Below, piece after piece: positions 1-10,814 of a stretch of 64,000 nt of DNA. The notes beneath the pieces were generated by a model, which worked only from the letters and a program-made list of their open reading frames with translations, was not told the DNA's origin and made no database searches. The DNA is taken from NCBI GenBank assembly GCA_021613535.1, contig CP075494.1, positions 14,694,001 through 14,758,000 on the forward strand. Reading direction: 5' to 3'. A program made the translations under genes and the position numbers. Source of the stretch: Adineta vaga. Taxonomy: Eukaryota > Animalia > Rotifera. Position 1 is the stretch's first letter, and each line of letters starts with the position of its first letter.

Positions 1-415
1 GCTCAAATTCAAATTTCGTCTGATTGACATGTGGTGTCCTCTAACACATTTCAATATGAATAATATGATTTGAAAAATAAAGTTATTCTATTTTAAAAAC
101 TTCGATTAACGTTAGTTTTTATTCGAAATAAAAATTAACTTTTTTTTTCGAGTACAAAGAAAATGATTTGTCGCTATCGTATTGAAATTTTTAAACCAAT
201 AATTGAACATCTTTTCAAGTCCTTTCTTCTCGAGTATTTGTCTCGTCCTCTATCGTTTTTCTTACAATCAGACTATTCATATTTCGTCATCGTCAGCTAT
301 AACTATGCATGCATTTGTTACCTTATCTTACATATGTTATGTTTCGATATCCTCATGTTAATCGTTTTTAAACATTTTAGATAAAATATTATAAGGACAT
401 CTAATCACCACTGTC

Positions 416-1819
416 ATGAACCATTATTCCGCTTTTCTTCGTCCATATCATGGAAAATCAACGAATAATGAAAATGATGAGAATTCTTCAATAAAAAATC
501 TCCTTCTTAAACATCTATCCAAATCACAACAGAATGCCTCAAATAATAATAGCAACAATCCAAAAGGTACAATGCGTGGTATTCTTGGTGAAGTTGGAAA
601 TAGACAAATTACAAATAAATCCAAAGTGATTCAACAATCCGTTGAAACAAAAGCCATTTTAACTGTCCCAACACCAACACTATCAACAATTGTCAATAAA
701 ATCGAAGCGATTACTTTGAATGATAAACAAGAAAATGATGATTGTAGTGTTGTTCATGAACCAATTGTAAAACTTACTAAAGTTCCAACAGAATTCGATT
801 GTGATAGTGGTGATCTATCTAATATAACGACCGCTTCTGAATATGTCGTGGATATTTGTCTATATTGGCGTGAACTCGAACAACAAACGCCTATTCGACA
901 AAATTATTTATTAAATCGTAATGAAGGTGAAGAAATAGCGATGAATAAGCATCCATTCGAATTTTCTATTGAAATTTAGGTACAGCATCACCTCAGAATC
1001 GAGCGGTATTGATTGATTGGCTTTATCAAGTTCATGATCGATTCAAATTACTTTCAGATACATTTCACATGACAATTCAACTAATTGATCGATATTTACA
1101 ATCAATTGATGCATCAAAACATGAATTACAATTGATTGGATCAACTGGTATGAAGACATTTTTTTTTAAAGAATATAGGCACTAAGAGTTCATCTAAAGT
1201 TCTATATTAATTCTGCTTTTTTTTGTCTTCAGCTTTACTAATCGCATGCAAATATGAAGAAATGACTATTCCGGGCATGAATGATTTTGTCTATGTATCT
1301 GACAATGCTTATTCTAAAGAAGATATGAAAGAAATGGAACGACGTATTATCTGTACCTTATCTTATGATCTTGGACGACCATTATCAATAAATTTTCTTC
1401 GTCGTTATTCCAAAATAGTTCAAGCCACTGATATTGAACATACTTTAGGAAAATATCTTTTGGATTTGACATTTACTGATCATTCATTTTCACATTTATC
1501 TCCATCCTATATCTCAGCATGTGCATCATTTCTTTCTCGTTATTTATTTGCATATAAACGTTTAACATCATCAACATCGATTCATGTTTTAATTGAAAAT
1601 CTTTGGCCAAATAAATTCATGAACTATCATACGAATTATACATATGAACAGCTTCGTCAAGGTATTGATCAATTAGGTCAATTATTAATTGGACAGGAAA
1701 CAACAAAATTACGAAGTGCACAAAAGAAATACTCTCAAAGTAATCTCTTTTCAGTTGCTCAACATAGTTGTTGTAAAAGTGCCTATGTTCAAATGGCATT
1801 ATCTCGTCTCTCGAAATAA
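416..1819 (+). CDS. CCNB: Cyclin B (3 coding exons: 416-926, 980-1147, 1233-1819)
   Basis: N-terminal D-box RGILGEVGN. Spliced cyclin box RAVLIDWL...ALLIACKYEE...YDLGRPLSINFLRRYSK. GT-AG introns keep the frame. Confidence 0.93.
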
Positions 1820-2460
1820 TCATAAAAAAAAATTCTTCTTTTTTTTTATTTGTCAGATAGATTATGTATATGAAAATATTTCTTTCTCTGTTTCCTCTTT
1901 TCAAAATGTTAGATAAATGAAAAAAAATACAACGGTGAGATCTAGTCAGATCTATTCTTTTCTTTTCTTTTGTTATCTTATCATTTATTCTTCTTCTGCA
2001 ATTGATCAGATTCTTTTTTTGTATACTCTGCTATGTTCGTTAATCTGATCAGATATATACGTTAGATAAAACTTTATAAAAAAAACCCACTTCTTCCTTT
2101 TTTGTACTCTGTGAATATCAATATTTGTTATCTTTCTTCTTTTAACTTAGAAAAATTGTATTGAGATAGAACAAAAATGAATCGTTGGAAAAATATATGC
2201 GTGTGATCATTAGAGATGTGTATGTCAGATATATGTGAATAAAATAAATGAAAAACTCAATTCGAGTATTTTTCATTCTTTTGTTTTTTTTCTTCAACTT
2301 ATTGAATGATTATATCGTTCGTAGAATTTATTTGTACCAAAAAAAAATTGAAGCGGTGATTTTCTTTCTTCTATTTACTGAAGAGAACACAGATGACTCA
2401 TATTACACTCTTACATCATTCAAATATTCATTTTTGTTCGTTTTTCTTTCATTGTAGATC

Positions 2461-3084
2461 ATGGCTGGTACTACGATTGATTTAAATTTCAATGATAGTG
2501 AAGATGTTGATGAAACATTTGCTTCACATAAAAGTAACGATCCAGAAACCGAACAATTTGATCGAACAATTGGTCTGATTGAAGATATGATTATGGATGA
2601 AGAATTTCGTTCTATACAACAAACATTTTTAACAAAATATGCTCATGAATTTGATCCTGATTTAGATGAAAATAAATTGATTTACACTGACATTCATAAA
2701 GAATATTTGAATATAATTGAAGATTATGTTTTAAATAAAATCAAACGTGCACAACCAGAATTTAATTTAGATCTATTTATGAAACAATTAGAATCTCGAC
2801 AAGATGAATTAGAAGGCGAAATATTCGAATTTCTCTTAACATTTACCGATTTTCTTGCTTTTAAAGAATGGATGCTTGATCATCGTCGTGCAGCTAAATT
2901 ACCTCTATTAGATATGAATTCTTGTTTACAATCAATTAGTTTACAAAGTGCACGTGGAACAAATCCAACACCATTACTTGATCAAGTTAAACTTGATGAT
3001 GACAATACGACAACAACAACATCTCTTGATTTTGGTATTACTGGAACACAAATTAAAAAAACTCAAAATCCAAAAAAGAAATAA
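2461..3084 (+). CDS. ARL2BP: ARL2-binding protein (BART domain)
   Basis: FDRTIGLIEDMIMDEEF...ENKLIYTDIHKEY...EIFEFLLTFTDFLAFKEWMLD matches the BART family. Single coding exon. Confidence 0.88.
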   Translation: MAGTTIDLNFNDSEDVDETFASHKSNDPETEQFDRTIGLIEDMIMDEEFRSIQQTFLTKYAHEFDPDLDENKLIYTDIHKEYLNIIEDYVLNKIKRAQPEFNLDLFMKQLESRQDELEGEIFEFLLTFTDFLAFKEWMLDHRRAAKLPLLDMNSCLQSISLQSARGTNPTPLLDQVKLDDDNTTTTTSLDFGITGTQIKKTQNPKKK

Positions 3085-3378
3085 ATTGAATCATAAAATT
3101 TGTATACAATGCATTTTAAACCATTTAATTCTTCTCTTTACATTCCGTCCATTGAATATGAACCTTATATTTTGGACATTTGTTTTCATTTTCTCTTCCT
3201 TTTTGCTTTTGTTATTTTGATCACTTCAGTGAATGACTAATAAAAAGTACGTGCACTCAATTATTCATACACATATTGATCATATCAAACTATGAAAATT
3301 TACATTTAATTAATCAAGATCAACATAACTAAAAACTCTTTTACTATTCTTTCAGATCAAAATTCAAAACATTCGACA

Positions 3379-4854
3379 ATGGCTCGTGAGATACGTTTTG
3401 TCAATCGATCACTATTCGATGGTTTATTTCAAATTTTTCGTTCTAGTCCTTTCTTTGCACTGTGTTCATTTTTAATTGTTATTATTATTTCATCTGTGAT
3501 ACCATTGTCATTCCTTTGGCTGATACAAACTTTTCTTTTCAATATATCTTTTATTGCAATTCAATCGCCTTTTTTACGTTTGATATTAACAGTTTGGTCT
3601 GTCGCAGAAGTCAGCTTTTTAGTTTATCAATGCTATTTATACACAAAAATTCAACATTCACTTCCACCGCCATCAATGACATCAAAAGAACGTGATCAAC
3701 TCGTTTCCTATGCACTTAATAATATTAAAAACGTTCCTCATACATTGAGTAAATGGTTTATGGATTGTCCATTTGAAGATATTGATCGAGAAAGTATTCT
3801 TGGCTGGTTAGCATTTGCGTTTTATTCAAAATCTCCCAATGATTTAAATCAAAATGAATACAATGAGATTGATTCTTTCATAGAAAAAGTCGAAGAACAA
3901 ACTCAAATGAAAACTACAACTGATAGATCAAAGAAAAATATTTCCTATATGAAACATATTCTTGATCCTGTTCGAGTTATTTTTCGTCCATTGATTTTCT
4001 ATTTTGTTACGGATACGATTCTGAATGGAGTATTAGCAAAATTGAACTTCTCTCTTCGAGGTTATCAATTTGTTCACATAGGTCATTTACAATTTTGGAC
4101 ATTTTGTAATAAGGAAAATGAGAAAGAAGATCCAATTATTTTCTTTCATGGAATTGGTGCTGGATTGTTGATGTATCAACCATTTTTTTCATATTTACAT
4201 CAAAGATATGCGCATAATCGTCGTATCATTCTGATAACAATGCGATGTGTTTCAATGCGTTATCCATCTCTGGAAGATATTCCAAATATGTTGGAAACAA
4301 CTGAATCAATGAAACAAATATTTGATTATTATCAAATTAAAAAAGCGATTTTTATTGGTCACAGGTTTGTTGAATTCTTACAAATTCTTCTAATTTCTTT
4401 TCATTTTTCCTCTAGTTATGGTACAGCATGTCTCTCATGGATCGTTCAAAAGTGTCCTCAGTTCATTTCCCGTTTGATCTTTCTCGATCCGATTTGTTTT
4501 TCTTTGTTCGAACCTTATGTCGTTTATAATTTCGTTTATCGTACACCCTACAGACTCGGTCATTTCTATCTCTACTATTTCGTTTGTCGTGAAATGGGTA
4601 TTTCATATGTTATCAGTCGTCATTTTTGGTGGACTCAAAATAATCTATATATCGAACAAATAAAGTCCTGTTCGACGAAACAAATACCGACATATGTTCT
4701 ATTATCTGAACGTGATTGTATTGTGAATTCACATTTAGTGAGAGATTATTTAACTGATAATCAGATTGAATATTATTGGGCACCAAAGCTTTCCCATGGT
4801 GATTATATGCATAATAAAGCAAGTTGGAAAAAGATATGTGAATGGATTGCATGA
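3379..4854 (+). CDS. Membrane-anchored alpha/beta hydrolase (intron 4365-4415)
   Basis: N-terminal hydrophobic segments and PIIFFHGIG. Removing a 51-nt GT-AG intron restores the nucleophile motif GHSYG. LDP motif and C-terminal SHG are present. Confidence 0.8.
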   Translation: MAREIRFVNRSLFDGLFQIFRSSPFFALCSFLIVIIISSVIPLSFLWLIQTFLFNISFIAIQSPFLRLILTVWSVAEVSFLVYQCYLYTKIQHSLPPPSMTSKERDQLVSYALNNIKNVPHTLSKWFMDCPFEDIDRESILGWLAFAFYSKSPNDLNQNEYNEIDSFIEKVEEQTQMKTTTDRSKKNISYMKHILDPVRVIFRPLIFYFVTDTILNGVLAKLNFSLRGYQFVHIGHLQFWTFCNKENEKEDPIIFFHGIGAGLLMYQPFFSYLHQRYAHNRRIILITMRCVSMRYPSLEDIPNMLETTESMKQIFDYYQIKKAIFIGHRFVEFLQILLISFHFSSSYGTACLSWIVQKCPQFISRLIFLDPICFSLFEPYVVYNFVYRTPYRLGHFYLYYFVCREMGISYVISRHFWWTQNNLYIEQIKSCSTKQIPTYVLLSERDCIVNSHLVRDYLTDNQIEYYWAPKLSHGDYMHNKASWKKICEWIA

Positions 4855-5866
4855 TTTTAACACAGAAATAATTTTTTATTTTATTTTTAATTCTTAAAAT
4901 AAAATTCATAAATTATTGTCTAACGATTATCTAATTTAATGTCTTGCCTGTTGGAAAGTTGAAGAAACAACTTTGATGTATTTCGGTTTGATTTGAGAAA
5001 ACGAAGATTCATTAATACGCACGTATGAGTACTGGGGAAGGATGAAAGTGGTGTTTTACATGAGATCGGCAATAGAATTTATGCTATTTCCTTCATACAA
5101 TTGTCTGATCTATATGCAATGCGATATCAATCATCGTATGAAACGATACTATCAATAAATCATTTAACTGTACGAATTTCTCGATGGAAATATTCATGTC
5201 AGAGAATGAAACAATGTCGTAAGCGTTTTAATCTTTATATCAATATAGATCTAAAACTGGAAAGGCTATGTCATGTGTACAGATTAGGATGAATCTCATC
5301 ATTAACTTTCTTTTCCATCTTCTTCCTGATCTCTAGTATCAAATGTCACACCTACTTCCGCATTCAATCCATCAGATCCCATCCATATTCTTTTCTGTCT
5401 CATTAGAACTAGTAAATGTTTAATATTCATACTTACTCGTTTATATCTTCTTCTATAATACATTTAATATTAATGTATATTTAACTATAACGCATCGTAT
5501 TCGTTCTTTCTTTTTGTCTGATCATGATTCACTGTGCAAGTAGAAAAAAACATATCTCTCTCTCTCTCTCAAGGAAAGACGTATTTTTTGTTTTTGTTAT
5601 GTTAATTGTATAGATTAAATACGATTAATATGTATATATTTATTTTTTGCGTATAATATTCGTGCAAATATAACATAAAAAACAGAAGTAAGAACGCTCG
5701 ACAGAGTGAGAGAGAAAGAAGAGAATCTATGAGTAACTAGAAAGCAATCACAGACAAAAGACATCTTGTTCGATAGAGCCATTAACATTCTGTCATCTCG
5801 CGTCAATAGTTACTTCATTTTTATCATCATGGTTAAATAAGCATCACTTTGAGATGATTGACAATG

Positions 5867-6289
5867 TCAGACGTCGAGAGGAGATATTCCAGTCGAATAT
5901 TCATACCCACCAGTAATAGTAGCACCACCACCGCCGCCACCAATAGTACTATTTCGTGAAACGTAAAGTGATGTAAAATTATAATGTCCATGTTTAGAAT
6001 TATGACGGCGTGAAACAATTGTTGAAATATAAACAAGAATCCAAACTGTAACAATTAATGAGATCAAACCAATATAAGGCCATAGAGCAAATGAAAGTGT
6101 AAAAGAACTAGAAGTATTAATCTGTAAAGACGATGTGTCATTAGAAGTTAGGACAAAAAAATCCTATAGATAAAAGACAAAAAAAATCGAATTTAAAATA
6201 TGATGAGAAATTCAATTGCTTACTGTTGGTAGGTAGATACGATTAGTGTCTGTAGTTACAATAACAAAGGTCATTTCTTTTCCATCCAT
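5867..6289 (-). CDS. Small single-pass membrane protein, about 120 aa (exons 6289-6224, 6163-5867)
   Basis: ATG at 6289 and a phase-0 60-nt GT-AG intron. TM segment ALWPYIGLISLIVTVWILVYI, basic stop-transfer RR, C-terminus SPLDV. Confidence 0.6.
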
Positions 6290-6673
6290 AATTCTGATAA
6301 TTCTGTCGTATATGTCTATATATATATTCTGATAGTTCTATTTTTCTTTTCTTTCACAGTCGATTCGGTAACTATTCTCTATCTCTTTCCCTCTCATTTA
6401 GTTCTATTCTATATGTTATTATAATATAATAAACACGTTCAATAAAAAGATCATTAATATAACATATAAGACTAATTTAATTATTCCAGAAGAATGAATC
6501 AAAATTAATAACGAACGTTTTTCTTGAAGGACATAACTATCGGAAGTTGAAAACACAACATATAAATAATTGATCTTTTATTTTATTCATGCTTTTATTT
6601 TAATGCAGAACAATATATGGATACAAGTACCATATATATCAAAAGTTCAATAAAAAACTGTCAATTGTTTTCT

Positions 6674-7923
6674 TTAATTTGAATTAATTTTATTTCGAAT
6701 CCAGCTGAGATATGTACTTGTTCGCGTATATACTCCTGGATAGTTGGACAGAGCACAATCAGCTCCGAAACTTACAACACCCGACAAATGCCATTGACCA
6801 TTACTATTGAACATCAATGGACCACCACTATCACCTTGACAACTATCTTTTCCTCCAACATAGGGCATACTAGCACCAATTTGTCGTTGAACATCGAAGT
6901 ATGCTGGATAGGCGGCTTTTGCTTGAGCATTTGTTACTTTCACAGTCACTTGTCGAAGAGCATTTGGTAATGCACTACCTTTATATGTTGATCCCCAACC
7001 AGCTACTGTCACCGACATTGATTCTTGTGGATCAGGTCCTGGTAAACAAATCAAACTAACATACGTATTTAGTTGAACTGGCTGTGCTAAACGAAGAATA
7101 GCAATATCATGAGCTTGAGTAACAGAATTATATTGCTCATGCATAAAAATACGTGAGACACCAATGTTTTGTGTACGTCCATTATTTTTATTTGATCGTT
7201 CATGTAAACCAGCAATGACACGAAGTTGACTACTGCTAGCTGATGTTAAACAATGAGCAGCTGTAAGTACGTGACGTGTATCAATCAAGGTTCCACCACA
7301 GAAATGATCGCGTACTTGCAATGAAACAATCCATGGCCATGAATTGGGTGTTGCTTCGATTCCACCAACAATACGTTGAGTGGTTGGAGTGATAGATTGA
7401 CGACCACACGTACTACTTGATCCGATTGATGGTGTTGTTGTCGGTACTGTTGCACTCGTTGTTTGTCCAATACTTGTCTTCAAACAACAGTAACGAACTT
7501 TATAATCTGTACATAGTTTCTGTTTATATCCTGCAACTTGTTGATTCAAACATAAAAATCCATCTTTGACAGTCAAACGAAACAGATCACCAGTTCCAAC
7601 TGGATTTTCTCCTTTCACAGTTTGAACCTAATTCATTTTCACATTTATTAATGAATTAATGAGAGATCGATCTCTATTATAATTACCTCAATAGCAACTG
7701 GTGCAGGACACATGAACGATGGAAAGTTTTGTTGAAGATGATTTGTGACTTCGAATTCACCATGTGAACTGCTTGGATCACCGGAATCAAACCAAGTTGT
7801 CCACTGATTATTTCCTGAACAAGTAGATTCTGTATAACTTGATGGATCAAAGATGCCTTGTGACGATACACCAATGTTCATTTGTAACAATAGTAATAAT
7901 ATACCAATAATACGCATATTCAT
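6674..7923 (-). CDS. Secreted trypsin-like serine protease with N-terminal mucin WxxW domain, copy 1 (intron 7628-7686)
   Basis: Signal peptide, WTTWFD...CTDYKVRYCC (WxxW domain), Thr/Ser linker, R|IVGG activation site, triad TAAHC/HDIAI/GDSGGP, S1 Asp in KDSC. Confidence 0.93.
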
Positions 7924-8527
7924 GGTTATCGAAGTATCTATTCAAGAAGATATAATCACTGACACTTTTTTTCTCACCAAAATAAGAAAAAGAAAAAACA
8001 TTAATGATATATGTAGTGACTGAAATTGGATCTATAATCGAAGAAGAAATATTTATTCACTCTAATCGATCAAAAATATTATGAAAATTGATCCAAGGAC
8101 AATCATTGTATTTTAAAAGTACGTCTTTAATATGATTGATATAAAATGAATGAAGTCATTACCTTATATGTCGATGTAATACGATGAAAAATAGAAATGA
8201 GAAGATAATTTTATGTGATAATAGCATACAAGTAACGCTCATCCGTAGGATTCGCTGACCCCTCTCTGAAAGAACTATAATGATAATTAACGCATCGATA
8301 TTCTTTAAAAAAAACTCTCTTAAAGAGAAGAAACACTCGTCAAAATTTCTTTTCTTGATTTTATGTTCTGATTTTGTTCAGCATCATTGAAAACCTCGAG
8401 ATCCACATTTTAGCGCATCTGGTTGAACGAATAAAAAAATACATCAATTCTACTGACAACCACTCCCAAAACTATTTTGAGATTTCTCAAAAAATATAGC
8501 TAAAAAGAACGCTCATAAAATTTGCAG

Positions 8528-8628
8528 CTTCCGACGGAAATTCTACTGACGGAATCCGATAGGATTTTGTCGGAACGTTGGATCCTATAAGGTCCTATCG
8601 GATCCAGTATCGGATTTGTCGACCTGGG
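8528..8628. mobile_element. Probable MITE end fragment with ATCCGATAGG/CCTATCGGAT sub-repeats
   Basis: GC-richer patch with internal inverted copies (atccgatagga / tcctatcggat) ending in cgacctggg. No partner end found. Confidence 0.4.
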
Positions 8629-8806
8629 AGGAGCTTTATGAAATTATTCGTTTAATATACTAAAAGATACAGCATCGAAAACTGAACAAAATCCTCTATT
8701 TAGATATTCCCTTTCTGTGGACCGATCGATACTAGTCGAACATTAAAAATACGTAAATTTGATAAATATATAATGATATTAATTGTTTCTATCTATTCTT
8801 TGAAAG

Positions 8807-10814
8807 AAAAAAAGGAGTTTTATAAAACCTTTTTGGGTTCTGCAACATCTCCAGAACCAGAAAAAGTTCTGTTTTATTTATTTTGAACCAAAAGGGTTCT
8901 GCCCAAAAATACCCAGTTTGAAAGGGTTCGGTCTTATAATATGGAATCATAGAGATTTTTTTCTTCGACGTTACTAAATGTAAAGTTTCTTCTCTAAAAT
9001 GCGCAACCTGACATAGCTGCCTCAGTGAATGTTGGAGTATCGTAAGTTTCCTCAACTGAAGAAGAGAGTCACACACTCAAAAAATGTATATACGTTCGTT
9101 TGTTCATGCAAGTCAACAACAATTTAACAACTTTCTTTTCTCTTTTGAGTTTTGTCATAACAAAAAACGGAAATGCTTTCGCCATTTCAAGTTGTCAATA
9201 ACGATCTTAGGTATGAACTGAACAACTTAATGTTTTGCATCGACGATGGTGGGAGTCCACTATCAGTATACGATTATTCCAAGCAATTGTTCAGTCATCC
9301 AAATCTAAGGGAGGTTTTTCTCTTATTACTTACATGTAACAAAATCATGTTCAGGCCAGTTACAAGTTAACAGAGAACGACTCTAATATAGCTCAAACTA
9401 ACTTATATGTTATGTCCACAATAGAGGGTAGGAGTTGATCAGCTCAAGTCCATGAACTCTGATGAAATGAACTAAAGAACTATGCAAAAGTTTATCATTT
9501 CACCGAGCTCAATCTTTTAAAAATATTCTTTAAAAATAAAATGATCTTTTTCAGCGGTTTCTCTATTCGATTATGTAAATATCACGCAGTCATCAACTGA
9601 TAGTATGTAGGGGTATTTGTATACCCTTGAGCATAGAAGATATCTTTAAATAATGAGACTAGCAGACAGGGACGGCCCGAGGATTTTATAATACCCGAAA
9701 ATTTAACTTCAAAGCATGGGTCCCGCATGAAACCTATGAAAGATGATAAGTGACCCAAATGGTGACTTTTTACCAAAAACATTTTGTGATTGAAGTTTGT
9801 GAAAAAAAATTCTTTTAACTGCTACACCCAACTTTTGTTTTTGGTTTAAGCAGTACTCAGATTCTTAGAATGTTATCGGAATCTACATCGAATTTCATCC
9901 ACAGATTTCAAGTCTTTCAGAAGCTATCAAGAGATATATTCAATACGACTTGTTCAATCCCTCTTTCTATTCGGACAGCTTTCGAAACTAAATATCATAT
10001 GAAATATTTCTTATTGTTGTATAGGTACATATCGATCTCTGATTAAGAGTAAGTAATATTTCAAATACGAAATGAAACATTCTCTATTATCATTTAGGTT
10101 TGTATAGATATGTGGGTAAAAATGAGTTATTTTCAAACAATATGTTAAATATTTATTGTTATCATTTCGGTTCATAGCCATATCTGATTAAAGTTGAGTG
10201 ATATTTTGAATTTTAGATTAAATATTTTCTATTGTCATTTAGGTTCAGGTCTAAGTCTAACGAAATGTGAGTTATATTTTATATAGAAAACTAAATATTT
10301 TCTTCTTTTATATTTAGACCGATCTATATTGCAGAGAAATGGTAAGTGGGATATTAGAAACAAAATAAGTAGAATGATTTTCTTTTTATATCTATAGGTT
10401 GATTTGTACACGTATTCAAGTACTGCAAGTGCGTCTGTTTATATTACAAGGTCAAAAACAGACTGAGAAAGTGAATTAGGTTAGGGCTGAATTGAGCCAA
10501 TCGGCAGCAAGCAAAAAGCATGATTCGACTCTAGCTTAATTCACTTTTTCGGTCTATTTGAGAGCTTAACATGAACAGACGCACTTGCAACACTGGAATA
10601 TGTGTACAAATCAACCTAGATATAAAGAGAAAATAATTTTCTGAAAAACCATTTAACACACCTTTTATGTCAGACTGAACCTTATTTTTGTATAGAATAA
10701 TGAAGAGTCCTGTTAGATTTTAACAGAACCCTCTATGAGCCAGAACCTTTTTGTGGGTTCTGAATTTTACCAGCGGGCCGAACCCCCAAAAAGATTCTGG
10801 AAAACTCCTTTTTT
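8807..10814. mobile_element. Non-autonomous TIR element (~2 kb) with nested insertions
   Basis: Left end aaaaaaaggagttttataaaacctttttgggttc is the imperfect reverse complement of right end gaacccccaaaaagattctggaaaactcctttttt. Both ends carry (A)GAACC/GGTTC sub-repeats. Confidence 0.6.
10379..10633. mobile_element. Fold-back MITE-like element (long imperfect palindrome)
   Basis: taggttgatttgtacac...gcaagtgcgtctgtt...aaagtgaatta is mirrored by taattcacttt...aacagacgcacttgc...gtgtacaaatcaaccta. Arms are about 110 bp. Confidence 0.75.

Noticed and set aside
1-80. CHR-like TTTGAA motifs upstream of cyclin B
   Set aside because: They are plausible for a G2/M gene, but the hexamer is too frequent in AT-rich DNA to support the call.
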